Below, one piece after another: positions 20,814-29,574 of a stretch of DNA of 64,000 nt. A program made the translations under genes and the position numbers. The stretch is from Myxococcales bacterium SG8_38 (lineage in GTDB: Bacteria > Myxococcota_A > Polyangia > Polyangiales > Houyiibacteriaceae). The notes below the pieces were generated by a model, which worked only from the letters and a program-made list of their open reading frames with translations, was not told where the DNA came from and did no database searches. Where the stretch lies: the NCBI GenBank assembly GCA_001303415.1, contig LJTN01000008.1, forward strand, positions 4,695 to 68,694. The letters run 5' to 3'. The first letter of the stretch is position 1. Each line of letters starts with the position of its first letter.

Positions 20814-23060
20814 ATGAGCGACGGGGGACTCAAGGCTGCGTTGGAGACGATTCGTCGAGAGGTGAAAACGCGGTTCGAGTCCCAAAAGCGTGTGCTCTCG
20901 TTCCGGGAGTACCTGGAGCTCGTTCAAGCCCATCCGCGACGGCACACGCGCGATGCAGCGCGGTATCTCAAAGACTGCATGGATTTCTTCGGCTCCTACG
21001 ACGTGAGCAAGCCGACCGGCACGTTCAAGCGTTGGAGGCTGTTCGACCTAGAGCTCGGTCGCCACGACAGCGGCCGCCAGGTCGAGCTCAGGTTGCGAGA
21101 TCGGCTCGCCGGCCACGAAGCGGCGCAAGCGGCCTTTTACCGGATCATGGATGGCTTCGAGCGGGAAGGGCGCGCCAACCGCCTCGTCCTGTTGCACGGT
21201 CCCAACGGCAGCGCGAAATCGACCTTCGTGGCCTGCCTGATGCGTGGGCTCGAGGCCTATTCGGAAACCGAGGAAGGAGCCCTCTACCGCTTTTCATGGA
21301 TCTTTCCGCGCTCGCGTGAGGGAGGCGGCATCGGCTTCACCACCGCGTCCGATGAGCTCGGAGAGGCGGACTCCTTTGCGCACCTTCCCGAGGAGCGAAT
21401 CATCGCCAAGCTGCAGAGCTCGGTCCGGGAGCATCCGTTGCTCCTCTTGCCCCGGGACGTGCGCCAGCAGCTCATCACGAGCGCGTACGAGAGAGCAGGG
21501 GTCGTGGAGGCGGCGCCCGATTGGGTGTGGGCCGGTCAGCTTGCCCGAAAGAATCAACAGATCTTTCAGGCGCTGCTGACCGCGTATCGTGGAGATCTCG
21601 ATCGCGTGCTGGCCCACATTCAAGTGGAGCGCTTCTACATCTCGCGTCGATACCGGATTGGCGCCGTGACAATTGGCCCGCAGATGTCGGTCGATGCGTC
21701 GGAGCGGCAGATCACGGCCGATCGGTCGATCGAATCCTTGCCCGCCTCTCTGAGCGCGCTGATGTTGTTCGAGCCGTACGGCGAGCTCGTCGACGCCTCT
21801 GGGGGCATCGTGGAGTTCAGCGATTTGCTCAAGCGACCTCTCGAAGCCTGGAAGTACCTTCTGCTCGCCATCGAGACGGGCGAAGTGTCGCTTCAGATGT
21901 CGAACCTGCCGATCAATGCGGTCATGGTGGCCAGCTCCAACGAGCTGCATCTGAGCGCTTTCCGCCAGCATCCCGAGTACAACTCGTTCCGAGGGCGCAT
22001 CGTGCGGATCCGCATGGGCTACCTTATCGACGTGCATCGCGAGCGTGAGATCTACGACGGCCAGATCGTGCCGCAGATCCCCAAGCATGTGGCGCCGCAT
22101 ACGACGTACGTGGCCGCGTTGTGGGCCGTGCTCACACGCCTCCGCCGACCGGATGCGTCACACTTCGCTAGCAGCGAGCTCGGCACCATCGTGGCCTCGC
22201 TGACCCCGCTTGAGAAGGCCGAGCTCTTGGCAGACGGGGTCGTGCCTGCCCGCTTCGACGCTGACCAAGCCAAGATCCTGGCGAGCGGAGTTGCCGAAGT
22301 GCTCGAAGAAGGCGCCACCGCGTCCGACTACGAAGGCATCAGCGGCGCGTCACCGCGGGAGGTGCGCATGCTCCTTCTCGATGCGGCCGCGGATTTCAAG
22401 GATCCGTGCGTGTCTCCGATCGCGCTCCTCAATCGAATGGCCGAATTTTGTGAGCGTGACGACTACGAGTTCTTGAAAGCACAGCCCGATGGTCCGTATC
22501 GGGACCACCGTGCCTTCGTGGATCAGGTGCGAGAGCGATGGCTCGACATCGTGGAGAGCGAGCTTCGAGCCGCCAGCGGCCTGATCGACGAAGCGAGCCC
22601 GATGACCCTCTTCGATCGATACGTGAACCACGTGTCGCACTGGGTGAAAAAGGAGCGAATCTACAATCCGGTCACTGGCAAGGACGAAGATCCGGACCTC
22701 GACTTGATGAAGAGCGTCGAGCAGAAGCTCGACGGCGACGATGCGCAGGAGTTCCGGAACGAGCTCTTGAGCGCCATTGCCGCGTGGGCGATTGATCATC
22801 CCGACCAGGAGGTCGACTACGAGACGCTCTTTCCGCACTACATCGAACGCCTTCGGCAAGCGTACTTTGCCGAGCGCCAAAGCCAGGTGGGTGAGATCGG
22901 ACGCGCGATCATAGCGGTGATCGATGAAGACGACGGCCTCGAAACCGGCCTCAGAGAAGCCGCCCAGCAGGCGCTGCAAGTCTTGATCGGCGTCTACGGA
23001 TACCAGCGGGCCAGCGCAAAAGTAGCCCTTGGCGCGCTCATCGACGCTCGATACGATTGA
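20814..23060 (+). CDS. prkA: PrkA/YeaG-family AAA+ serine protein kinase
   Basis: 748 aa. Walker A LLHGPNGSAKSTF followed by LMRGLEAYS, as in PrkA/YeaG, with a long PrkA-type C-terminal domain. Confidence 0.88.
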   Translation: MSDGGLKAALETIRREVKTRFESQKRVLSFREYLELVQAHPRRHTRDAARYLKDCMDFFGSYDVSKPTGTFKRWRLFDLELGRHDSGRQVELRLRDRLAGHEAAQAAFYRIMDGFEREGRANRLVLLHGPNGSAKSTFVACLMRGLEAYSETEEGALYRFSWIFPRSREGGGIGFTTASDELGEADSFAHLPEERIIAKLQSSVREHPLLLLPRDVRQQLITSAYERAGVVEAAPDWVWAGQLARKNQQIFQALLTAYRGDLDRVLAHIQVERFYISRRYRIGAVTIGPQMSVDASERQITADRSIESLPASLSALMLFEPYGELVDASGGIVEFSDLLKRPLEAWKYLLLAIETGEVSLQMSNLPINAVMVASSNELHLSAFRQHPEYNSFRGRIVRIRMGYLIDVHREREIYDGQIVPQIPKHVAPHTTYVAALWAVLTRLRRPDASHFASSELGTIVASLTPLEKAELLADGVVPARFDADQAKILASGVAEVLEEGATASDYEGISGASPREVRMLLLDAAADFKDPCVSPIALLNRMAEFCERDDYEFLKAQPDGPYRDHRAFVDQVRERWLDIVESELRAASGLIDEASPMTLFDRYVNHVSHWVKKERIYNPVTGKDEDPDLDLMKSVEQKLDGDDAQEFRNELLSAIAAWAIDHPDQEVDYETLFPHYIERLRQAYFAERQSQVGEIGRAIIAVIDEDDGLETGLREAAQQALQVLIGVYGYQRASAKVALGALIDARYD

Positions 23061-23090
23061 GGCCCAAGGCAAGAGAAGAGCTTTTGTTGC

Positions 23091-23753
23091 TCACTGCTCG
23101 TCGGGCACCATCAGGCGGTCCGTGTCCGTGTCGATTCGAGCCCGCTGCACCTTGAGCGTTCCAGCAGCGATGGCATCGCGAATCAGGGGACGGGCCAAGA
23201 ATTCCTCGATGCTCCGCTCCCGCTCGTCCACGAGGTTTGTCATGGCAGGGAATCGCTCTTCCATCTTGGGGTCGGCCGCCGCCGCTTCGGCTGCGCAGTC
23301 CGTATGGGTGGTGAGAAGCACCAAGCGCACACCATTCAGGACCGCGAGCTCGAGCATTTCCTGCTCGGCTTCCGCCAACACGGAGCCGGCCGTGCGAACG
23401 ATGTAGTAGTAGCGTCGGGTGTCCCCGACGAGCTCGTTGGTATCGATTCGAGCATCCATGCATGCCACGAGCGCGACGACCGGGTGCCGTACGGTACGGG
23501 GAAATTTCTCGCGCACGTCGGCGGCGAGATCGTTTTGGCGCTTGAGCTCCTCCCAAATTTCGTCCGGCGTGATCGACTCGTCATGGATGAAATCATAGTT
23601 CGCAAGCTCATCCTGAAAGCGGTATCCGAGGTTGACCATCACACCTCCGAGGATGAACTTCGCCTTGGGGCTCATCGCGAATACCAGCAACGCTGCCACG
23701 ATCACGAGCCCAACGCCGATGACCCAACCCTTTTTCCCTCTCATGCGGAGCAA
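23091..23753 (-). CDS. Membrane-anchored beta-class carbonic anhydrase-like protein
   Basis: Zinc-ligand motifs in beta-CA order: CMDAR (C-x-D-x-R) and HTDC (H-x-x-C). N-terminal TM helix WVIGVGLVIVAALLVFA. The start is either TTG 23753 or ATG 23744. Confidence 0.68.
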   Translation of the reverse strand: MLRMRGKKGWVIGVGLVIVAALLVFAMSPKAKFILGGVMVNLGYRFQDELANYDFIHDESITPDEIWEELKRQNDLAADVREKFPRTVRHPVVALVACMDARIDTNELVGDTRRYYYIVRTAGSVLAEAEQEMLELAVLNGVRLVLLTTHTDCAAEAAAADPKMEERFPAMTNLVDERERSIEEFLARPLIRDAIAAGTLKVQRARIDTDTDRLMVPDEQ

Positions 23754-23811
23754 GGGTACAACGAATTCGTGGCGTTTGCCGTGGGTTTTTGGGGCGCAGC
23801 GATCCAGGCGG

Positions 23812-23832
23812 GGCGCCAGCGTCGCTGGCGCC
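23812..23832. repeat. Perfect 10-bp-arm palindrome in a divergent promoter region
   Basis: GGCGCCAGCG-t-CGCTGGCGCC, between the beta-CA-like gene (start 23753, minus) and the DUF2141 gene (start 23883, plus). Confidence 0.6.
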
Positions 23833-23882
23833 GCCCGTGGACCGGCAGGTAACTACCCGAATCTGTGTTAGAGGAGCAAGAC

Positions 23883-24344
23883 ATGCCGAGACACAGATCA
23901 TTTCACCGGCACGTGCTCGTGGTGACCACATTGAGCCTCGCCGCGACGGCCGCAGCCGACGGTGAACCGTCTACTCCCGCGCTCGTCGTCGACATCTCGA
24001 ACGTCCAGAGCGACGAGGGCCAGGTCGGCTGCTCTTTGTATTCGAAGAAGGACGGCTTCCCCTCCGACCCCAAGAAGGCCAAGAAGAGCCTCTTTGTCAC
24101 CCCTAAGAACGGAAAGGCGACCTGCACGTTCGAAGGCGTGGCGCCCGGCAAGTACGCCGTCTCGGTCATGCACGACGAAAACGAGGACGGCGAGCTCGAG
24201 ACCAGTAGGGTCGGCCGGCCTAAGGAATGGTGGGGCGTCTCCAACAACGTCCCTCCGGAACGATTCGGGCCGCCCAACTACGAAGCCGCAACCTTCGACT
24301 TCGCAGGTGAACCCAAGACGATCAAGGTCAGACTTCGGCTCTAG
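23883..24344 (+). CDS. DUF2141-family secreted protein
   Basis: ATG at 23883 lies 6 nt after GAGGAG. Signal peptide present. The core GQVGCSLYSKKDGFP...GKYAVSVMHDENEDGELE...P.E..G.SNN matches my memory of DUF2141. Confidence 0.72.
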   Translation: MPRHRSFHRHVLVVTTLSLAATAAADGEPSTPALVVDISNVQSDEGQVGCSLYSKKDGFPSDPKKAKKSLFVTPKNGKATCTFEGVAPGKYAVSVMHDENEDGELETSRVGRPKEWWGVSNNVPPERFGPPNYEAATFDFAGEPKTIKVRLRL

Positions 24345-24378
24345 ATTCAGCGCAGCATCACGCGCGCCGTCCTAGCGC

Positions 24379-26754
24379 TCAAGGGGTCGGGCTTCCGAAC
24401 ACCTCGACCTTGAAATTGTCTGCGCCTGCAACGGTCATTGCAGTGCCGAGAACCGTGGTCGGCCGGCTCGAACCAGTGAGGAAGCCGAACTGCATCGGTG
24501 CGCCACTCGAGCTGAAGTCTGGAGCCTCAGCGCCGTCTCCATCGAACTTCACGAAGTCTTCGCTCGTCCAGATCCCGGTTTCCCACTGACCGCTTGTCAC
24601 GAAGAGGCGCTCGCCCCAATAGTACGTTCCGTCTTGTAGCAAATACACGGCGAAGATCGAGTCGCGAGACACGATCGGATCGAACTGATCGGTCCCATCG
24701 AGCGACAGCTCGAGCCAACACACCGAGCCCTCGATGCTCGGATCGTAGATCGCGCCCTCTAGGGCATGGGCGACCCAAATGACGGCCTCCTGCTCTGCGG
24801 TCGACGTCACCGTGGCGTTGACCTGCCGGTAGGCGCCCGGGTTTCCGCCGGTCTGTACCGTAGTGACGCCATCGAGCGAGTAATCCCCCGCGGAGCGTCC
24901 CGCAATGATGGTCGAAGTCCAGCCTGCATCATCGAAGTCGCCGTCTTCGTATGTTTGGATGGGGGTGGGCACGCAAGGTGCAGGAACGCGACTCCTGCAG
25001 ATCTCCACACGCCAGTTGTCGATTCCGTGCGTTGCCGTGATGCCCTCGGCGCTCTCGTTGTGGGTGTTGCTTCGGTAGAAACCAAACTGAATGGGCGCAC
25101 CATTGGCCGAGAAATCGAGCCCCGTCGCGAAGCTCTCTGGATCGAGATCGTCGATACGCACTCGTTCCCATGTTGGGCTTGTGAAGGCCCCGCCCGGATT
25201 CAGGGGGAACGTATAGCGCGTCCCGTTTTGAACTACGAACAGACCTGCGCCGATGGCCGCGGTCGGGAACGGAGGGTCGAATTGAATCTGGTCCTCAGAG
25301 TAGTTGAAATGGCTGATCGCGCCGTCGGCGGGATCGTATACCTCGTCGAACAGGTGAAAGACGGTGACGGAGCTTCCGCCCGTTACACCAGGCAGGATGT
25401 GCTCCATCCGGCGGTAGCCGCCGGGGAATCCGCCGTCCGGCTCGATCATCACGGTGTCTGTCGCCCGATTGCGGGGCACCGCGACTGCGCTGAATGAATC
25501 GCCCACCTCGAACGTTTCGGTCAGGACGAACGGATCGAAACAGGGACGCTCCGGACAGCTCCTGTCGACGAACGCAAATGGTCCGTCGATGGGAGACATC
25601 CCCGTGATCAAGCGCACGATCCCCCCGTCGAGGTCGACGTTGTACCAAGTGCCCGTGCTCCAATCGATGGCTTCGACCATGTCGGTGAAGGGATCCCAGG
25701 CGAGAGAGCCCAGCTCCGCGCTCACCCCGTCCGGATTCAAATCAACGGTCATGGTGGGATTGCTCGAATCGACCTCATAGAGCCACGTATCGAACGGAGG
25801 CATCATGTCGTCGTTGCGCGGGAAGGAATCGGAGATGAAAAGACCATCGCCCGTCGCAAACAGCCGGTCGGCGTCGGAGCGCCCATCGAGACTGTCCTTG
25901 GTCGGGCCCATGTCTCCGACCGACGTCGTGGTCACGCCTCCTTCGGTGCTGACCGTCAAGAGCGTCGTCGACCGCAAGAGGCTCTCGAGATTGCCGGTGA
26001 CGTACATCTGCCCTTCCCAATCGACCGCGATTCCCTCCATCAGAAAGAAGGGCTCTCCATCAGGCCGGCGCAGCTCGCCTACCTCGGTCGTCTCGCCAGT
26101 GCACACGTCGATGGTGAACAGACGCCGATTGGGGAAGTCGCTTCCACGGCCGACATTCGCGCCATAGAGCGTGTGCGTGGTCCAGTCGTAGGCGAGCTGG
26201 CGGATTTCGGGCTCGGCGCCCGTGCCATTCGGGAAGAGCGGCCCGATGTCGACCAAGCCATCGGGTTCAATGAGCTTGAGCCGTCCCTCTTCGATGCCCA
26301 CTCGAGGCGTGCGGGAGGGCGCCAGACCGAACGTCGGCGGCTCGGCCGTGATGATGACGGTGTCCTTGGCGGCGGGATTCACGTCCGGCGCATCTGGATT
26401 GCTCGATGTCGCTCCAACCAGCTCGACCTCGTACTGTCCTACCGCATCGGCCACGAAGCTCGCGCCGGTGAGGGAAAGCTCCTCCTGGATCTCGCTCGTG
26501 CTCTCCCCGGGCCTGCTGAAGAAGCGCCACTTGTGGCTCGCGGTGCTGCCGTTATTGCTCCCAACCAGCGACACGGTAGCCCCGACGACGACCGTCTGGT
26601 CAGGTCCAGCATCGACGACGATGGGCTCGGTCTCGGCCGGCCTGCCGAACGATTCGTCGCTGCAGCATGCCGATGCGCAAAGCACGAGGAGCGCGTAGCA
26701 CAGGAGCTCTGCGCTTTGGGTTTTGCGAGCTCTGCTATGCGCGTTCATCTTCAT
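24379..26754 (-). CDS. Large secreted protein/lipoprotein with a PKD-like segment and a duplicated C-terminal module
   Basis: 791 aa. N-terminal signal with Cys cluster (LLVLCASACC). PKD-like VVDAGPDQTVVVGATVSLVGS. Two modules of about 190 aa both end DFS..GAP.QFGF...DN..VE. Confidence 0.7.
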   Translation of the reverse strand: MKMNAHSRARKTQSAELLCYALLVLCASACCSDESFGRPAETEPIVVDAGPDQTVVVGATVSLVGSNNGSTASHKWRFFSRPGESTSEIQEELSLTGASFVADAVGQYEVELVGATSSNPDAPDVNPAAKDTVIITAEPPTFGLAPSRTPRVGIEEGRLKLIEPDGLVDIGPLFPNGTGAEPEIRQLAYDWTTHTLYGANVGRGSDFPNRRLFTIDVCTGETTEVGELRRPDGEPFFLMEGIAVDWEGQMYVTGNLESLLRSTTLLTVSTEGGVTTTSVGDMGPTKDSLDGRSDADRLFATGDGLFISDSFPRNDDMMPPFDTWLYEVDSSNPTMTVDLNPDGVSAELGSLAWDPFTDMVEAIDWSTGTWYNVDLDGGIVRLITGMSPIDGPFAFVDRSCPERPCFDPFVLTETFEVGDSFSAVAVPRNRATDTVMIEPDGGFPGGYRRMEHILPGVTGGSSVTVFHLFDEVYDPADGAISHFNYSEDQIQFDPPFPTAAIGAGLFVVQNGTRYTFPLNPGGAFTSPTWERVRIDDLDPESFATGLDFSANGAPIQFGFYRSNTHNESAEGITATHGIDNWRVEICRSRVPAPCVPTPIQTYEDGDFDDAGWTSTIIAGRSAGDYSLDGVTTVQTGGNPGAYRQVNATVTSTAEQEAVIWVAHALEGAIYDPSIEGSVCWLELSLDGTDQFDPIVSRDSIFAVYLLQDGTYYWGERLFVTSGQWETGIWTSEDFVKFDGDGAEAPDFSSSGAPMQFGFLTGSSRPTTVLGTAMTVAGADNFKVEVFGSPTP

Positions 26755-26759
26755 CCTCG

Positions 26760-28361
26760 CTAGAGCTCCGTCACGTTGGCGTCGTAGATCAACTGATAGG
26801 CCGGCTGGCCGTCTTCATCCCGGGTGAGGGTGGTTTTCGCGTTTCCCGCTCCTTGGGGCGCGGCGAGCTCTTGCTGGGTGATCTCCACCGCGGTTCGCCC
26901 GTCATCCCCGGTGAGCCACACCCTCGCCACCTCACCGGGCTGCATCAGCAGCGTCAGCTCGGGCCAGCCGGTGCCGGGCTCTCCTTCGTTGAAGTTGTGG
27001 CTTTGATTCTTGGTGGCGTTGCGCACCACCTTCACTTGCACGCCATCGGTTTGGGGGTCCGCGTCGAATTCTTCGGCGACGCCTCCGAAACGATCGCGAT
27101 GGGTCACGCGCAGCTCCACGTCTTCCGCATCGTCGAAGTCGCCCAAGGGTGGGGGGACGGCCCTCCTAAAGGATCGAAAACGAAGAAATACCTTGACCAG
27201 GCCCGTGTCCATGTCGAGACACACCTCGCTCAGGGGTTCCCCGCCATCCCGGGTTCCGAAGGCAAGCGCGGGCGGCTTGATCGAGCGGGTTGCGATCTCG
27301 TGGGGCTCTGCGCGCAGCACTCCGAGGCTGTCTTCTTCGAGATTCCACACGTCGGTGAAGCCCGCTCGCCCGGGCGAAGCGACCACCATGTGGCTTCGTA
27401 CGCCGGCAACCGCAGCGCCCTCGTGGTCTACTCGTGCCAGCGGGAGGGTGGCTAGGGGGCTCCATTGTCCCGCGGCAGCATCGTATTCCCAGATTTCGTT
27501 TATTCCCCCTCGAATCTCGGTGGAGGTATTGCGATTGGTGGCGGCAAACACTTGCGTCAACGTCGAAGAGACCCAGGGTGAGCCCTCGGTGCCCATGGTC
27601 AATCCTTGGTGGATGGAGGGAACCGAGCGGCTCACCCAGTCGAAGGGGATGTCGTCGTAGAAGTCGAATACGATCCCTCCTGAATCGTAGGCCGTGACGT
27701 ACTCCATGCCCGGGATTTGCGTATAAGCGACGGCAGCCCCTTGCGCGGACCTTCGATCGGCCCTGGCGAACGTTCCCATGGCGCCACCACGCTGCTCATC
27801 GAGATTGACGAAGCTCAGATCGAGCGCACCGCTGTACGTGCTGCTTTCGAGACCAAAGAACGCGTACCACACACCTTCATCACGATCGTAGACGACGCTC
27901 GGTCGCGAGAAGGGACTGAGGTCGGCGTCGACACCCGCTTGGAGGGTCGTAGCGATTTGCGCAGGCGTCCATTGGACACCATTGCGCGACTTGGAGAAGT
28001 AGAGCTCGCCGTTCACGCCAAAGGCGGCCGCTAAGTAGTGTGTGGAGCTGGCTCCGAGACCGGGTGCGATGTTGCGGTTGACGGGTACTGGAATCACACA
28101 GTTCGTAGTCAATGGATACGAGGGCGCAGACCACTTGGTGCCGTCGGCCGTAACTCGAACCTCGAGGGTGCTCCACCGGTAGATCGAAAACAGGCCCCCC
28201 GATGCAGGTGAAGTGGGTACGGTCGCCATGACGAAGCGTTGCGGCGCCGTGCTCGTGTCGGGCAGCAGAGGGTCCATGCCCGAATCATCGCAGCACGCCT
28301 TGCACAGCAAGAGCGCCGCCAGCAATGATCCCCCGCCGAGATACCAAGCCGCTGGCTTCAT
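26760..28361 (-). CDS. Large secreted protein/lipoprotein, unknown function
   Basis: 533 aa. Signal with Cys cluster (LLAALLLCKACC). Its stop lies 5 nt upstream of the next gene's start, so the two are probably co-transcribed. No motif recognised. Confidence 0.62.
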   Translation of the reverse strand: MKPAAWYLGGGSLLAALLLCKACCDDSGMDPLLPDTSTAPQRFVMATVPTSPASGGLFSIYRWSTLEVRVTADGTKWSAPSYPLTTNCVIPVPVNRNIAPGLGASSTHYLAAAFGVNGELYFSKSRNGVQWTPAQIATTLQAGVDADLSPFSRPSVVYDRDEGVWYAFFGLESSTYSGALDLSFVNLDEQRGGAMGTFARADRRSAQGAAVAYTQIPGMEYVTAYDSGGIVFDFYDDIPFDWVSRSVPSIHQGLTMGTEGSPWVSSTLTQVFAATNRNTSTEIRGGINEIWEYDAAAGQWSPLATLPLARVDHEGAAVAGVRSHMVVASPGRAGFTDVWNLEEDSLGVLRAEPHEIATRSIKPPALAFGTRDGGEPLSEVCLDMDTGLVKVFLRFRSFRRAVPPPLGDFDDAEDVELRVTHRDRFGGVAEEFDADPQTDGVQVKVVRNATKNQSHNFNEGEPGTGWPELTLLMQPGEVARVWLTGDDGRTAVEITQQELAAPQGAGNAKTTLTRDEDGQPAYQLIYDANVTEL

Positions 28362-28454
28362 GCAGACGCGCTCCTTTCTGTGCGTCGGCCCGAGAATATC
28401 CGTCCCTGCCCAGCCAGGGGAAGGCCGATTTGCACGAGCGTCTTGGTCAGACGC

Positions 28455-29465
28455 TCAGCGCCTCCGGTGAGACTCGGCGCGTATCTCGTCGACTGCTTCT
28501 CGCAGGGCGACCCGGAGGGATGTGTACTGCAGCCCGAGCTCGCGCTGGGCGCGCCTTCCGTCGAAGATCAGCGAGCCCGCCGCGGTCGTCTTTAGAATGT
28601 CGACGGGTAGGGCGGGGCGCTTTCCGGTCCACGACGCCACCTTCTCGAGCGCGCGCGCGACCGGGATCAGCAGGCGCTCGGGCACGTTCAGACCGGGCAC
28701 CGGGACGCCGGCGAGCGTGCCGATGAGCCCGAAGTACTCGCGCGTCGTGGCGCGTTCGGTGCCGATCAGGTAGCGGCGGCCCACGCTTCCGGGGTGCAAC
28801 AAGGCCCGGACGATCGCTTCGGCGGCATCCCGCACGTAGAGATACGTGTAGACCGTCTCGGCGCCGACGAGGACGGGCAGTCGCCGCTCGACGGCTCGGC
28901 GCACCTCCATGGTGGCTCTCGGGTCACCCCCTCCGATGACCGCAGCGAGGTGCACCACCGTAAGCGGCAGCCCTTGCTCCCTGTGCATCCGCCAACCGAT
29001 CTCGTCAGCCAGGTGCTTGCTTCGCGCATAGTCGCTCGGATGCGGCCCCGGTGCGCTCTCTTCATCGAATGGGATCTCGTCGGGCACGCCGAACGCGAGC
29101 GGCGTGCTGACCTGGACGATCTTCTCGACGCGCGCCTCGAGGGCAGCCCGGAAGACGTTCTCGGCGCCGCGGGTGTTGAGCTCGTAGTAGAGCGTGCGAT
29201 CGCGGCTCCAGAAGTCCCGGTACCCCGCGAGGTTGATGACGCCCCATGCGCCTTCGACAAGCGGCCGGAGTGTCGAGGGCTCGCACACGTCGCCTTGGAT
29301 CAGCGTCACGCGATCACCCCAAGCCTGGAGGTGATCCGTGTCGCTCTTGCGCCGCACGAGGCATCGCAACGCGAGATTGGGCTCGGCCATGAGACGCTCC
29401 ACGACATGACGGCCGACGAAACCCGTCGCCCCGGTGAGCGCCACCGCGTGGGTGAGCTCGGTCAT
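28455..29465 (-). CDS. NAD-dependent epimerase/dehydratase (extended SDR; 3-beta-HSD / HpnA-like)
   Basis: Rossmann motif LTGATGFVGRH and catalytic Y-x3-K (DYARSKHL). ATG 29465 is preferred over the track's TTG 29501. Confidence 0.85.
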   Translation of the reverse strand: MTELTHAVALTGATGFVGRHVVERLMAEPNLALRCLVRRKSDTDHLQAWGDRVTLIQGDVCEPSTLRPLVEGAWGVINLAGYRDFWSRDRTLYYELNTRGAENVFRAALEARVEKIVQVSTPLAFGVPDEIPFDEESAPGPHPSDYARSKHLADEIGWRMHREQGLPLTVVHLAAVIGGGDPRATMEVRRAVERRLPVLVGAETVYTYLYVRDAAEAIVRALLHPGSVGRRYLIGTERATTREYFGLIGTLAGVPVPGLNVPERLLIPVARALEKVASWTGKRPALPVDILKTTAAGSLIFDGRRAQRELGLQYTSLRVALREAVDEIRAESHRRR

Positions 29466-29574
29466 GGGGATTGCTCTTAGTGCATTGGCGCCTTTCGCCA
29501 AGCGCCTTCCGCATGCCTCTTGCCGCTTAGGGCGTCCGCTCTATCTTTGGTCGAGCCGTGAAAGAGGAGCGCTG

